A DNA stretch of 64,000 nucleotides from Acidobacteriota bacterium (GTDB taxonomy: Bacteria; Acidobacteriota; UBA6911; JACQSX01). The position numbers and the translations under genes were made by a program. The stretch is from NCBI GenBank assembly GCA_036507075.1, contig DASXQR010000083.1, positions 72,233 through 136,232 on the forward strand. Direction: 5' to 3'. The notes below the pieces were generated by a model, which had not been told where the DNA came from, did no database searches, and saw nothing but the letters and a program-made list of their open reading frames with translations. Shown here piece by piece: positions 48,957 to 60,303 of this stretch (position 1 is the first letter of the stretch; each line of letters begins with the position of its first letter).

Positions 48957-50876
48957 CTATTCTTCTTCAGAAATGCTTCCCGGTTCGAGCGTCGAAGTGT
49001 CACCGTATGACTCGCCGCGCTCGCGCGCTTTCAGAAGACGACGCATGATCTTGCCGCTGCGAGTCTTGGGAAGCCGGTCCAGAAAATCGATCTCTTCGGG
49101 GCGCGCGATCTTCCCGATCTGCTCTGCCACATGCTCTTTTAACTGCTCGACCAGGGCAGCGCTCTTTTCAAAGCCCGGCCGCAGAGTCACGAATGCTTTG
49201 GGAACTTCTCCCTTGACATCATGCGGTTTTCCGATCACGGCAGCTTCAGCAACCGAGGGATGATGCACCAGCGCGCTCTCGATTTCCATCGTTCCCAGTC
49301 GATGGCCGGCAACGTTAAGCACGTCATCCATTCTGCCCATCACCCGAATATAGCCGTCCGAGTCGCGCACGGCGGCATCGCCCGTCGTATAGACCCCGGG
49401 CACGATGCTCCAGTACTGCTGCTTGTAGCGCTCCGGATCCTTGTAGATGGAAGCCAGCATCGCGGGCCACGGCTTTCGGATCACCAGGTAGCCGCCCACG
49501 TTGGCCGGCTGTGAGTTTCCGTCCCGGTCAACGACATCGGCAACAATTCCGGGAAACGGTTTGGCAGCTGATCCGGGCTTGAGCGGATAGCTGGGGAGCG
49601 GGGAAATCATGATCTGCCCGGTTTCAGTCTGCCACCAGGTGTCCACTATGGGACAGCGTTCTCGTCCGATATTTTTGTAATACCAGATCCAGGCTTCAGG
49701 ATTGATCGGCTCTCCCACGGTTCCCAGCAGCCGCAATGAAGAAAGGTCGTGTTTCCTGGGCCATTCCTCGCCGTACTTCATGAACAAGCGGATTGCCGTG
49801 GGCGTGCCATAGAGGACGTTGATCCGGTGGCGCTCAACGATCGACCACCAACGGTCGGGTTGCGGGTAGTCGGGAGCGCCTTCACAGATAAACTGTGTCG
49901 CGCCGTTCAGCAGCGGCCCGTACACAATGTAACTGTGACCCGTCACCCAGCCTGGATCGGCGGGGCACCAGTAGAGATCGGTCTCCTTTAGATCGAAAAT
50001 CCACTTGGTGGTGATGTAAGTTCCCACCATATAGCCGCCATGACGGTGCAGGATTCCTTTCGGCTTGCCGGTCGAACCGGACGTGTAGAGGATGTAAAGC
50101 AGGTCGTTGGAATCCATATGTTCGGTTGAACACTCTATGGATTGATCGCGCAGCGCGTCCTCCCAATTAATGTCTTTGGGTCCCGCCGGGACTCCCTTGC
50201 CTGTGCGGCGAACTACGATTACATGTTCGATCGTGGGACAGAGATTGACGGCCTTGTCGGCATTCTCTTTTAGAGGAACGATCCCGCTGCGGTAATACGC
50301 TCCATCGGCAGTGATCAGGACCTTGGCCTCTGCGTCATCAATTCGATCCCGCAGCGCTTCAGCGCTGAATCCGCCGAATACGACGTTGTGCACGGCCCCG
50401 ATTTTGGCGCAGGCAAGCATCGAGATCGCGATTTCGGGAATAACCGGCAGATAGATGGTCACACGGTCGCCGCGCTTGACGCCCATTCCTTTCAAGGCGT
50501 TGGCCAGGCGATTCACCTCGCAATAGAGCTGGTGATAGGTGATGGTGCGCCGGTCCCCGTTCTCTCCTTCCCACAAGAAAGCCACCTTGTGCCTGCGCCA
50601 TGTGTTGATGTGACGATCCAGGGCATTGTGGACAATGTTGCAGCTTGCTCCAACGAACCATTTCGAGAACGGATAATCCCATTCCAGCACCCTGTTCCAG
50701 GGTTTGTACCATTCGAGATCGTGAGCCACTTTCTCCCAGAACTTTTCGATGTCTTTGACCGATTCGTCGTAGAGCCGCTGGTAATCAGGGACCCAGGCGT
50801 TACGGACGAATTCCGCGGGCGGTTTGTATATGCGGTCTTCATGAAGCACAGACTCCAGAGTGAGCTTTTCACTCAT
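48957..50876 (-). CDS. acs: acetyl-CoA synthetase
   Basis: 639 aa with the AMP-binding motif [11 protein letters not shown] and a canonical Acs N-terminus. Confidence 0.9.
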   Translation of the reverse strand: MSEKLTLESVLHEDRIYKPPAEFVRNAWVPDYQRLYDESVKDIEKFWEKVAHDLEWYKPWNRVLEWDYPFSKWFVGASCNIVHNALDRHINTWRRHKVAFLWEGENGDRRTITYHQLYCEVNRLANALKGMGVKRGDRVTIYLPVIPEIAISMLACAKIGAVHNVVFGGFSAEALRDRIDDAEAKVLITADGAYYRSGIVPLKENADKAVNLCPTIEHVIVVRRTGKGVPAGPKDINWEDALRDQSIECSTEHMDSNDLLYILYTSGSTGKPKGILHRHGGYMVGTYITTKWIFDLKETDLYWCPADPGWVTGHSYIVYGPLLNGATQFICEGAPDYPQPDRWWSIVERHRINVLYGTPTAIRLFMKYGEEWPRKHDLSSLRLLGTVGEPINPEAWIWYYKNIGRERCPIVDTWWQTETGQIMISPLPSYPLKPGSAAKPFPGIVADVVDRDGNSQPANVGGYLVIRKPWPAMLASIYKDPERYKQQYWSIVPGVYTTGDAAVRDSDGYIRVMGRMDDVLNVAGHRLGTMEIESALVHHPSVAEAAVIGKPHDVKGEVPKAFVTLRPGFEKSAALVEQLKEHVAEQIGKIARPEEIDFLDRLPKTRSGKIMRRLLKARERGESYGDTSTLEPGSISEEE

Positions 50877-50928
50877 AGCAAACTCCTACGATTCTCCTGC
50901 TGTTCTCAAAAATCGACAATCGAAGCTA

Positions 50929-51000
50929 CGGGTTTACGGGTTCCGGGTTGCGGGTTTGGAAATTCGAAATTCAGTTCTCGGAACCCGAAACTCGCAACCT
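50929..51000. repeat. inverted-repeat element of the gggtttgcg word family (related to 30225..30558)
   Basis: cgggtttacgggttccgggttgcgggtttgg ... ccgaaactcgcaacc. Confidence 0.55.
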
Positions 51001-51031
51001 TGATCGCCAATCTATAGTAAAAAAGGGGTGA

Positions 51032-51105
51032 AGCCACTGATAGGACTTGAACCTACAACCTCGGCTTTACGAAAGCCTTGCTCTACCGATTGAGCTACAG
51101 TGGCT
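51032..51105 (-). tRNA. tRNA-Thr (anticodon CGU), no encoded CCA
   Basis: The minus strand reads GCCACTGTAGCTCAATCGGTAGAGCAAGGCTTTCGTAAAGCCGAGGTTGTAGGTTCAAGTCCTATCAGTGGCT, with a 7-bp acceptor stem, U8-A9, and a standard D arm and T arm. Confidence 0.8.
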
Positions 51106-51208
51106 CATTCTCGGAACCATCAAAAAAATTTATTCTATACGAACCGGCAAAATAGTGTCGAGTGACGATTAGAGAGCCTCCGCAAAAAACGCGACTCTCC
51201 CGCCGGGC

Positions 51209-52501
51209 CTAGGGACGTCTGCGGGTCCTGGGTGACGCCGCCTTCACAGCCACAGTCCAGCTGCGCTGATCCAATAGTTGGTGCTGAGGGTCCGATTGCA
51301 CCAGAAAAGTAGGGTCGAAGACTTCTACGGTGACGTTGTGAATTCCTTCGGTCAGCGTTTGAGTGTTTAGGGCGAATGACTCAACTGTCGTTTCCTGCGA
51401 GACAATTCCGTCAACACTCCAGCGAACGCGGAGACTGTGCTTCAGGGGCTTCATCGTGATGGCACTGAACCGGAGTAATTGTCCTTTGGTCGCTGGGAGA
51501 GTTCCCGGTTCCGGTGATGCAGATTCTATGGGCCGCACGCGATTATAAATCGATAAAACAATGGCTTCCTGACAGACTTCACAGAATGGGTAATTCAGGT
51601 CACGCATGCGACAACTCAGTTTGGGCCGGTACCAGCCCGTTGAGTTGTACCGCGCGCCTTCAAAGAGTCCCACGACATCGGCGTAGTCTGTGCTCGCGGG
51701 AGTCGGGATCGGCGCTGACGACGGGATCCACGCCCGCCATTTGATGAATTCACGGCGCGTTTCCTGCGTAGTATTCGGCTCCTCCTTGACCGGATCGGGA
51801 TCGCAAGGGAAAGGGTCATTGTATTCATCGCCAAGACCGGCCAGCGCATGACCAAACTCATGGAAAACAACTTGTCCCGCCGCGCTGTTGACGGAGACAA
51901 CAACACCTCGCTTATCTCCCCAACCACCGTAGACCGGATCATTTACCACTACCAGGGGAAGCGCCGATCCCGCAATGTAATTGGCGATCAGCGTATTCAC
52001 CTTTCCAAAGCCACGATCCGGGTCGGAATCGCGGTCGTTGGGCGGAATCGTGAGCCCGTGTGGCAGGCAGTAACTGTCGTAGGTGCTGTTGAAGTATGTA
52101 TCTCGAAACACGTTAGCAGATGGATGATCTGACCCACTCTCCTTTGAAGCCACTGCAATAGTGAAAGCGTTGAAATATGTGGCGTAGTCCTCGAGCACCT
52201 CGGCATTCAGCATAAAACTGAGAAGCGCCTGGCTGTCCGCTGTAAACTGCGACAACTGAGATTCGGAATAACCCTCGGACAAAAATACCAGGTTGATCCG
52301 CTTTTCGGGAGGGCCATTCAACAAAAGCGGCTGCATCGTCGGCACGGTGACCAGCTGTACGCTGGCCGTGGCCGATTGGAACAACGGGGCGGACAAGCAC
52401 AAGCCACCGATCAATAAAACAACAACAAACTTCTTCACAATGTAACCACCCACAGCCCGGCGCTGCCCTGTGGTGGACATGCCTGTCGTAAGTGAGCGCA
52501 A
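51209..52501 (-). CDS. secreted zinc metallopeptidase, M64 (IgA-peptidase-like) family
   Basis: HEFGHALAGLGDEY matches the M64 HEXXH...DEY motif. An N-terminal signal peptide is present. Confidence 0.6.
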   Translation of the reverse strand: MRSLTTGMSTTGQRRAVGGYIVKKFVVVLLIGGLCLSAPLFQSATASVQLVTVPTMQPLLLNGPPEKRINLVFLSEGYSESQLSQFTADSQALLSFMLNAEVLEDYATYFNAFTIAVASKESGSDHPSANVFRDTYFNSTYDSYCLPHGLTIPPNDRDSDPDRGFGKVNTLIANYIAGSALPLVVVNDPVYGGWGDKRGVVVSVNSAAGQVVFHEFGHALAGLGDEYNDPFPCDPDPVKEEPNTTQETRREFIKWRAWIPSSAPIPTPASTDYADVVGLFEGARYNSTGWYRPKLSCRMRDLNYPFCEVCQEAIVLSIYNRVRPIESASPEPGTLPATKGQLLRFSAITMKPLKHSLRVRWSVDGIVSQETTVESFALNTQTLTEGIHNVTVEVFDPTFLVQSDPQHQLLDQRSWTVAVKAASPRTRRRP

Positions 52502-52725
52502 CCCAGATGTTGATATCAGGGAAAAGAAATAACCTCGAAGATTTTGTCATTGTCGAGTTGGAGCGTTCCCGGCCGCTTGGACCTTATGATCGGAAGCTTG
52601 ACCCTTCTCCGAGACTTGCGCGGGCTCCCTTTCAGGACCTGCTCGACACCGCGAAGAATTAATTCCCTAGCCGAACTACCTTCGCTGGCTGCCCGGCTTT
52701 TCAGGCGCCGATAAACGGGCGGTGT

Positions 52726-52818
52726 GGGGTCAGGTCTTCAGAATTCATTTTTTGGATGGATTTTAAAGCTGGAAGCCGCTTTCAGATGTGCAAAAAATGA
52801 ATTCTGAAGACCTGACCC
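52726..52818. repeat. perfect 28-bp inverted repeat (ggggtcaggtcttcagaattcattttttg ... caaaaaatgaattctgaagacctgaccc), 36-nt spacer
   Basis: Seen directly in a 600-bp intergenic region. Confidence 0.7.
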
Positions 52819-53057
52819 TTCCGTCGCCTTATTGACAGTCCGTACATAGCGGCTGCTGAGATTTTGATGGCTGAGCATAGCCAGAACGATCAGGAGATTG
52901 AAACCAAGATCGATGAGCTTAGTAGTCAAAGTACCAGTTTCGGCGCATTGATGTTTTTGGCCGAGAGACATCGGTGTTGCCGGTGAGAGATTGGCGGCCA
53001 AGCCGAAGAGTTTCTGTCGGCCGCATCGCGACGAGCTCTGGCACTCGTCACTCGCAA

Positions 53058-53085
53058 ATAAAAAAGGCCTCCCTTGCAGGAGGCC
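53058..53085 (-). terminator. intrinsic terminator (ggcctcc-cttgca-ggaggcc + U-run on minus strand)
   Basis: Hairpin preceded on the plus strand by an A8 run, 26 nt downstream of the lipoprotein gene stop. Confidence 0.5.
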
Positions 53086-53110
53086 CTTGCAAACGAATTG
53101 CTTCTGCTTG

Positions 53111-53680
53111 CTAGCGTTGTTTGTTGCGCGTCAGTAGATCGTAAACCAAGCCTGCGCCGGCGCCTGAAAGGCCTCCGACGACTGCGCCTTTCTTTCCGCC
53201 CGCGACGGCTCCGATCACCGCTCCGCCGGCAGCACTTCCACCGACGATGATGGCCGACTTTTTGAGCGATCTCTTCTGGCGGTACGTCCGATCTTCAGCA
53301 GTGCTGGCGTACGCGCCTCTGGAAGCGGCACGATAAGGCGCCGAGCTGTAGCGCGGAGTGGTCCTGTAGACAGTTCTCTGGACAACGGGAACGTTGGCAG
53401 AACCCTGATCATAAACACGCGGCCGGACCATCGGCGTTTCAAATCCGACCGGTGCATAACCGGTTCGGTCCACGGCAACCGTGTCACCCACCAGCGATTG
53501 AGATCGATTCACAGGGACGATCAATTGTCCCTGGCTGCCATCGGCAAACCAGACCGGAATTGTCTGATGTTCCTGGCTGACCAGCGGCGCCGCAGCACTC
53601 TGCGTGGTTGCCTTCTGGCCACAACCGACAGCGAAAATAACCAATACCAGCGTGAAGACAGCAATATGCACTTTTTTCAT
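53111..53680 (-). CDS. lipoprotein with C-terminal glycine-zipper (Gly_zipper_2TM-like) segment
   Basis: Lipobox VGCGQ. The C-terminus reads GGSAAGGAVIGAVAGGKKGAVVGGLSGAGAG. Confidence 0.5.
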   Translation of the reverse strand: MKKVHIAVFTLVLVIFAVGCGQKATTQSAAAPLVSQEHQTIPVWFADGSQGQLIVPVNRSQSLVGDTVAVDRTGYAPVGFETPMVRPRVYDQGSANVPVVQRTVYRTTPRYSSAPYRAASRGAYASTAEDRTYRQKRSLKKSAIIVGGSAAGGAVIGAVAGGKKGAVVGGLSGAGAGLVYDLLTRNKQR

Positions 53681-53745
53681 AATTCAACCTCCAATCTCTC
53701 TTGAATGTGAGATGCGGCAAGATCGCGAATGTTTCATTTAGAACA

Positions 53746-53818
53746 CCTCACCACAAAGACACAAAGGCACAAAGCCTTCACTGCGAATCTCTTTGTGCCT
53801 TTGTGTCTTCGTGGTGAA
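53746..53818. repeat. hairpin of the caaaggcacaaag word family (caccacaaagacacaaaggcacaaag ... ctttgtgcctttgtgtcttcgtggtg)
   Basis: Near-perfect 26-bp inverted repeat. Confidence 0.65.
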
Positions 53819-53825
53819 AGAATTC

Positions 53826-55847
53826 TTACTCGAGTTTTCGAAAAGCGCTTTTATCGATTTTCAACATGCTCCAGGCGAGCCAGTCGGCGCGTGTGTCCTT
53901 ATCGGGGCCGGCATTGCATTCCAGGACCAGACTGTTTCCGCTGCCGGCAAAACGTCGCAGCGGCAGATGATAATCCATCCAGTGACGATGATCGGGAATC
54001 CTGGCGGATTGCAGGTAGCGATCGATCAGGGGAACTAACTTTCCGTTCCGCTCCAAAGACAGCATCGCCTCGAAACCATCTCCGCTGTCAAAGACTGACG
54101 CAATGCCAACATGAAGCACAGAGTCCTGGTCGATTTCCGGCAAGGGAAGTCGCAGCCGGGTACCGGCGATCGTTACCAGTGTTTTTCTTCTCTCGCCGTC
54201 CCTGAGCAGATATATTGGAAAAACGCGCCCGCCATTGGGAGTACGGAATTTTTCAAAGCTCGGATAGTACTGCGCTCGATCCTCCTCAATCTGTCCGTTC
54301 AGCGCCGGTTCCAGTAATTCGACATTCCGTCCCTGCCAGTAATCAGGCAACAGGTCGAAATTACCCTCCCACAGACCGTAGACAAAGTAGTTCGGGATGG
54401 GAGCGCCGGTGTTGGCGGGCAGCTTTTCGCCCGAATCTTCAAAACGCATCGCGAGAGTCGGATCTTCGTAAAAGATCCGCAACAAGCTGTGACGATCGAA
54501 GTACCAGATGCTGTTTGCTTCCTTGGACTTTCTCAGGTGAATCACCGATCGCGGCAACAAGACAGGATGGTGCCGGCGGAACGCTTGATGGAAGTTCCAG
54601 GCCACTCTCGATCCGTGGGGCGCCCACGATCGGTGCTCAAACCTCCAGATAGTCAGGTAACTCATCAGCAAGTTGAGGCCTGCCATCAGGACCATCAAAG
54701 CCTTCCTGCGAGAGGTCGTGGGCCATCGCGCCACAAAAACTCCCACCAGCGCGCTCAGCGGCACAAGCGGCATGTACAAGTGGTGAGGGTAAGGCGGCTC
54801 GACGACCAGAAGCACCGGCAAGAGAAACGCCACCGCCCAGATCAAAAACCAGAGCGAAAAATGCCCATCCGTCTTTCTCTTCCAGACGAACGAGAGGAAC
54901 AAAAGCGCGGCAGCTCCCTGGAAAAGGGCCAGGAACTGATGGACTCCCTCCAGCACGTCCCTGGGAAAGTGCGCGTCAATATTGAAAGCCCAGAGGAGAA
55001 ACTTGTAGTTGGACAGCAGATTCGTCGGATGCAGCGAAAGATGGAAAGGATGCGTCGGAGAAGCAGGATCCAGCCTTCCCTTAAGAATGACGAGAAAGAG
55101 GACGTAAATCACCGACAGTACGACAAAGGGCACGACGGGACGCAACCGTGCAACCAGCACGGTCCGGTCTTTTCCAATCGCGCCCCCGCCGCTCTCTGCA
55201 GCCAGCATACACAGCGCCAGCAAAGCGACGGGGATCATAACGGCTGTTTCCTTGCTCAGGAGCGCAATCGCATAACAGCCCACCGCCACAGCAAGAAAAA
55301 ATGATTCCTGCGAGCGGAGAAATTGCAGAAATGACGCAATGATCAGCAGCGTCAGAGTGGAAAACAGCCAGTCGGGAAGAAATGACGCGTCGTAACTGAT
55401 GAAATACGCCACGCTGTGCAGGGCGAAAAATACATAACCCGCCGCTGCTGCTTTTTCATCCCTCAGCAGCCGGCGCAGCAGACCAAAAACCCCCAGCGAG
55501 ATCAATGCGTGAAGGATAAATCCGACAATGTGGTAGCGCCGCGGACTCAAACCCCCGATGGGGTAGAGCAGGAAGGTGAATACCGGATAAGTGACCGGGC
55601 GGTATTGGCCCACATCATCCGGCTTCAGGAAGCTGGCTTTGATGGCTCCCAGCGTTTCCGTGCGGCGGCTCAGATAATAAAGACTGTCGCCGCAAAAAAA
55701 ATTGTTCCACGAGACCGAATAGAAGACCAGCTGCAGCAGCAGGACCAGCGGGATAAACAGACGCGGCTTCTGCATTCGCAGCCAGGTCTCCTGAATCTTC
55801 CGGTAACCGGCCGCAAGCGTGGGAGAGTCCTGAAGGGCCCAAGCCAT
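53826..55847 (-). CDS. large polytopic membrane protein, putative GT-C-fold glycosyltransferase (PMT/ArnT-like)
   Basis: About 12 N-terminal TM helices plus a C-terminal soluble domain. The family call is tentative. Its start overlaps the coxG stop. Confidence 0.35.
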   Translation of the reverse strand: MAWALQDSPTLAAGYRKIQETWLRMQKPRLFIPLVLLLQLVFYSVSWNNFFCGDSLYYLSRRTETLGAIKASFLKPDDVGQYRPVTYPVFTFLLYPIGGLSPRRYHIVGFILHALISLGVFGLLRRLLRDEKAAAAGYVFFALHSVAYFISYDASFLPDWLFSTLTLLIIASFLQFLRSQESFFLAVAVGCYAIALLSKETAVMIPVALLALCMLAAESGGGAIGKDRTVLVARLRPVVPFVVLSVIYVLFLVILKGRLDPASPTHPFHLSLHPTNLLSNYKFLLWAFNIDAHFPRDVLEGVHQFLALFQGAAALLFLSFVWKRKTDGHFSLWFLIWAVAFLLPVLLVVEPPYPHHLYMPLVPLSALVGVFVARWPTTSRRKALMVLMAGLNLLMSYLTIWRFEHRSWAPHGSRVAWNFHQAFRRHHPVLLPRSVIHLRKSKEANSIWYFDRHSLLRIFYEDPTLAMRFEDSGEKLPANTGAPIPNYFVYGLWEGNFDLLPDYWQGRNVELLEPALNGQIEEDRAQYYPSFEKFRTPNGGRVFPIYLLRDGERRKTLVTIAGTRLRLPLPEIDQDSVLHVGIASVFDSGDGFEAMLSLERNGKLVPLIDRYLQSARIPDHRHWMDYHLPLRRFAGSGNSLVLECNAGPDKDTRADWLAWSMLKIDKSAFRKLE

Positions 55848-56278
55848 CAGAGGATCTTTTTGAGGTTTTCGAAGAAGTCGCTCACCATTTTTTTGGCGAG
55901 AGAGTGGATCATGCGCTGGCCGACCGACGCAATCATTCCCCCCGCCTGGACCTCTCCGTTATAACTTACGTTGGTCTTCTCTTCCACGGGTTCCAGGCGA
56001 ATTGTTCCCTTTCCATTGACAAAACCGGGCTTTCCCTGAGCATTGACATTCATCGTGTACGAGCTGGGGTAGTTTAAGTCTTCGAGGCGGATAGTGCCCA
56101 GAAACTTTCCCCGAATCGAGCCCACTCCGGCTTCAATTTCCAACTCGAATTCACTGTCGCCCTTTCGGTCGATGCGCCGGCAGCCCGGTATGGATCGCAT
56201 CAGGGCGAGCGGATCCATCAAGTGTTTCCAGACAATTTCAGGCTTAGCGGGAAAAAGGTACTCGCCGGAAACATTCAT
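55847..56278 (-). CDS. SRPBCC-fold CoxG-family (carbon monoxide dehydrogenase subunit G-like) protein
   Basis: 143 aa with N-terminus MNVSGEYLFPAKPEIVWKHLMDP, a typical CoxG N-terminal region. Confidence 0.65.
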   Translation of the reverse strand: MNVSGEYLFPAKPEIVWKHLMDPLALMRSIPGCRRIDRKGDSEFELEIEAGVGSIRGKFLGTIRLEDLNYPSSYTMNVNAQGKPGFVNGKGTIRLEPVEEKTNVSYNGEVQAGGMIASVGQRMIHSLAKKMVSDFFENLKKIL

Positions 56279-56349
56279 CCCATTTTAGAAACAGGAGACA
56301 TGACCCTGCGCAGTAGAGTGTTCTGGTACCAATCTGCAGAGCCGCTCAA

Positions 56350-56470
56350 AGAATGCGGAATGGCGAATGAATCAGAGCTTCAAGACAAGAACCTATTTTC
56401 TTATTCCTAATTCCGCATTCGCCATTCCGCATTCCGCATTCGCCACTCCCATTCCCCATTCCGCATTCGT
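56350..56470. repeat. inverted-repeat element built of attccgcattcgcc words
   Basis: gaatgcggaatggcgaatga ... ttccgcattcgccattccgcattccgcattcgcc, located between coxM and coxG. Confidence 0.55.
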
Positions 56471-56472
56471 AT

Positions 56473-57333
56473 CTAGCCCGCCGCGGCGGCCAGGATTGCT
56501 CGTCGCGCGAACACGTCCGCCATCGCGGTGCGGTATTCCGTAGAGGCATGAATGTCGCCCTGCACGTCGACTCCAGCGGCCACGTCCTTGCACGCGCGCG
56601 TCACATTGCTTTCCGTCAGCGACTTGCCGCGAAGCGCCTCTTCCACTCTGGTAAGGCGAAACGCTTTCGGACCCACTCCGGTAAGAGCTACAGCGATTTT
56701 CTGGCACTTGCCGCCTTCATCTTTGCTCACCACTGCCGCCGCTCCGGCAATGGCAAACCCCGAGGCCTGCTGCCGAAGCTTTTGATAGGCGGACCCTGCT
56801 CCGCGGGGAAGAGCCGGAACATGAATGGCGACGATCAGTTCTCCGGGCGACAGTGCGGTGGTGAACAAATCGAGGAAAAAATCCACCGCCGGCACTTGCC
56901 GGCGCCCCGAGTCTCCTTCTATTTCGATCTGCACGTCGAGCGCAAGCAGCGCCGCAGGGTAATCCGCGGCTGGATCGGCGTGCGCGATGCTGCCGCCGAT
57001 AGTCCCCCGGTTGCGCACCTGAACATCCCCAATTTCAGACGCTGTCTGCGGAAGCAGCGCGCACCGGTTCTTGAGTGTCTGGCTGGTTTCAATAGCTCGA
57101 TGAGTTACCAGCGCTCCAATCTTGATTTTTTCTCCCTGATCCGAGATCTGGGCCAATTCCTGGATACCCCCGAGATCAATCACCTGGCGGGGCGTCGCCA
57201 GACGCAGTTTCATCATCGGCACAAGGCTGTGGCCGCCCGACAGGAACTTGGCGTCGGTTCCGTATCGCCGCGAGAGCGAAATCGCTTCCTGCGTGCTGGC
57301 AGGACTGAAATACTCAAAGGCTTCCGGAATCAT
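56473..57333 (-). CDS. CODH/xanthine dehydrogenase-family FAD-binding medium subunit (CoxM-like)
   Basis: FAD_binding_5 (MIPEAFEYFSPASTQEA...GGHSL) and the CO-DH flavoprotein C-terminal domain. Confidence 0.8.
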   Translation of the reverse strand: MIPEAFEYFSPASTQEAISLSRRYGTDAKFLSGGHSLVPMMKLRLATPRQVIDLGGIQELAQISDQGEKIKIGALVTHRAIETSQTLKNRCALLPQTASEIGDVQVRNRGTIGGSIAHADPAADYPAALLALDVQIEIEGDSGRRQVPAVDFFLDLFTTALSPGELIVAIHVPALPRGAGSAYQKLRQQASGFAIAGAAAVVSKDEGGKCQKIAVALTGVGPKAFRLTRVEEALRGKSLTESNVTRACKDVAAGVDVQGDIHASTEYRTAMADVFARRAILAAAAG

Positions 57334-59650
57334 TGCGCCTCCTTCTGCATCAATCTCCAGATCTTCTCCGGACGCAGCGGCATATCGATGTGCTTGACGC
57401 CAAACGGCCGCAGCGCATCCACAACAGCATTCACCAGCGCGGGTGTAGCTCCAATCGTCCCCGCTTCGCCCACCCCTTTGACGCCGAGCGGATTCACCGG
57501 CGAAGGTGTCTCGGTCCGATCCAGCTCCAGCCACGGGACATCCATCGCGCGGGGGATGGCATAGTCCATCAGCGTGCCGGTGATCAACTGCCCGTTTTCG
57601 TCATAGACCGCCTCCTCCATGAATGCCTGGCCAAGGCTTTGGACAATGCCGCCGTGTATCTGGCCTTCAACCAGCAGAGGATTGATTACTTTGCCGCAGT
57701 CATCGACGGCGGCATATTTCAGAATTTTCACCGATCCGGTCTCGCGATCCGCCTCCACCACACAAAGGTGAGCGCCGAACGGGAAAGTAAAATTCTTGGG
57801 TTCGAAAAAATAGGTGGCGGACAAACCGGGCTCGTAGTTTTTCGGAAGATTCTTGGCGATGTGGGATGCCAGAGCCACTTCCTGAAGGGTGAGCGATTTT
57901 TCCGGATTGCTGCTGGAGTAAAACTTCCCGTCGCGGAAGGCGACCTGATTCTTTGGAAGTTTAAGCAGATGCGCGGCCAGCACGGACGCCTTCTTGATCA
58001 GTTGCTGCACGGCACGGTAAACAGCCGTTCCGCCGACGGCCGTGGCGCGACTGCCGAACGTGCCGATGCCGTACTGCACGATTGCCGTGTCACCGTGGAT
58101 CACGATGACATCGTCCAGGTCCACACCCAGCATTTCGGCGGCGATCTGGGCAAATGACGTTTCCTGGCCCTGCCCATGCGGAGATGCTCCGGTCAGCACG
58201 GTGACCTTGCCCGTGGGCTCGATGCGCACAGTGGCGCTTTCCCAGCCCCCCGCCGGCATGGCCGGCGAAGGTCCCATGGCACAAATCTCAACGTAGGTGG
58301 AAATTCCGATACCCAGGTAGCGACCCTTCTTTCGGCCCTTCTCCTGTTCGCGCCGCCACTTCTTGTATTCTCCCAGCTTGAGCGCCTTCTTCAGCGAGGC
58401 CTCATAATTGCCGCTGTCGTAGCTCAGCCCGGTGGCAGTCGAATAGGGAAAGTCCTTTTTGGCGGGAAAATTCTTTCGACGCACCTCCACCGGATCCATG
58501 TTCAGTTCCTGAGCGACCAGATCGGCGGCTCGTTCAATCACATGCGTGGCTTCGGGCCTGCCTGCTCCGCGATAGGCGTCGGTGGCCATCTTATTGGTGA
58601 AGACGCCGGTCACGTCCATCCGAATCGCAGGAATGCGATAGGTCCCTGGCAGCATCAATCCGGTCAGGGTGGGAATGGCCGGCGTGAGCAACTGGTGGTA
58701 GGCTCCCAGGTCCGCCCAGATTTTGTAGGTGATTCCCAGAATCTGGCCGTCGTTCTTGATGGCGATTTCGACATCGCCCACCTGGCCGCGGCCGTGGATG
58801 GTGGCGGCGAAGTTCTCACTGCGCGTCTCAATCCACTTTACCGGCTTGCCGAGCTGCATGGCGATGTGTCCGAGAAGCGCTTCTTCGCCGTAGACGTTTA
58901 GTTTGCTTCCAAAACCGCCGCCCACTTCAGGAGTCACAACACGCAGGCGGTTCTCCGGCAGCCCGAGCATGATTGCCACCTGCGTTCTCATAAGATGCGG
59001 GATTTGAGTGGACGACCAGATAGTCAGCTCTTTCTCTCCGGGGAAGTAACGGGCGATCACACCTCGCGGCTCCATGGCAACCGGGATGAGTCGCTGGTGC
59101 TCCATCCGCTGTTTGATAATCCGGTCGGCGTCCTTGAAGGCTTGTTTGACGTCGCCGCCTGAGAGCGTCCAGGTATAGGCGATGTTGTCTGAAAATTCAT
59201 CGTGGATGGGCTTCGATTCGGGCGAGGCGGCCTTAATGGGGTCGACCACGGCGGCCAGCGGCTCGTAGTCGACCACCACTGCGTCGGCGGCATCACGCGC
59301 CTGATACAGGGATTGGGCCACCACAGCCACCACGGGCTCTCCGACGTAGCGGACTTTATTCAGCGCGAGCACCGGATGATGCGGCACTTTCAGATTCTCG
59401 AGCGCCCCTGCCGTCGGCACCGAGCCTACATTGCGGCAGTCTTCACCGGTGAATATCCGCACTACTCCGGGCATTTTCGAGGCGGCTGAATTATCGATGC
59501 GCCGGATCTTGGCGTGGCCATGAATGCTGCGAACAAAGGAAACGTAATGAAGATCGGGAAGCTTTATGTCATCCACGTAGTGTGCCAGCCCGCTCACCAG
59601 CCTGGGATCTTCTGTTCGCTTGACTGACTGTCCGATATAGCGCTGCGCCA
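57330..59650 (-). CDS. molybdopterin-binding large subunit, form-II-CODH-like (CoxL-like) with AYRGAGR motif
   Basis: MAQRYIGQSVKRTEDPRL N-terminus. The active-site-loop motif DAYRGAGRPEA is the form-II CoxL-like signature. Confidence 0.8.
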
Positions 59651-59659
59651 TGAGACCTC

Positions 59660-60172
59660 CTATCGAGCGACTGTCTCGGGCTGTTTGTCTTCCTTCACGG
59701 CGGCCGGGGCGGCGTGCATCTTTGCGGCTGCGGAACGGATCGCCTTGACAATGTGCTGATAGCCGGTGCAGCGACATAAGTTACCCTCGATTCCGCGGCG
59801 GATTTCCTCGTCGGTGGGCTGGGTATTGTCCTGCAGCAACTGGTGCGCCGTCATGATCATTCCCGGCGTGCAATAGCCGCATTGCAAGCCGTGCTCCTCC
59901 CAGAAGGCCTGTTGTATCGGATGCAGCTTTCCATCCTTTGCCAGGGCCTCGATGGTCGTGACTTCCCTGTTGTTTGCCTGAACGGCCAGCAGGGTGCAGG
60001 ATTTTACGGCTTTGCCGTCGAGCAACACCGTGCACGCCCCGCAGACCGAGGTCTCACAGCCGATGTGCGTGCCGGTAAGCTGTGCATTTTCCCGCAAAAA
60101 GTGAACCAGCAGCAGCCTCGGTTCAACATCCGCCTGATGCCTTTTTCCGTTTATTGAAAGTGAGATTTGCAT
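59660..60172 (-). CDS. (2Fe-2S)-binding small subunit (CoxS-like)
   Basis: [11 protein letters not shown] and CGYCTPG motifs. Confidence 0.85.
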   Translation of the reverse strand: MQISLSINGKRHQADVEPRLLLVHFLRENAQLTGTHIGCETSVCGACTVLLDGKAVKSCTLLAVQANNREVTTIEALAKDGKLHPIQQAFWEEHGLQCGYCTPGMIMTAHQLLQDNTQPTDEEIRRGIEGNLCRCTGYQHIVKAIRSAAAKMHAAPAAVKEDKQPETVAR

Positions 60173-60303
60173 TTCGAACCCCCGTCTTTTGGGCCGATCG
60201 AGTCTTAACGAAACCGGAATGTGCAGCCGATTCTATCAAAAACCCGAAAGCGAAAAGCAAATCGAATTTTCCGTGGAACGGGTGTGAAAAAGTCATGGCA
60301 CAA

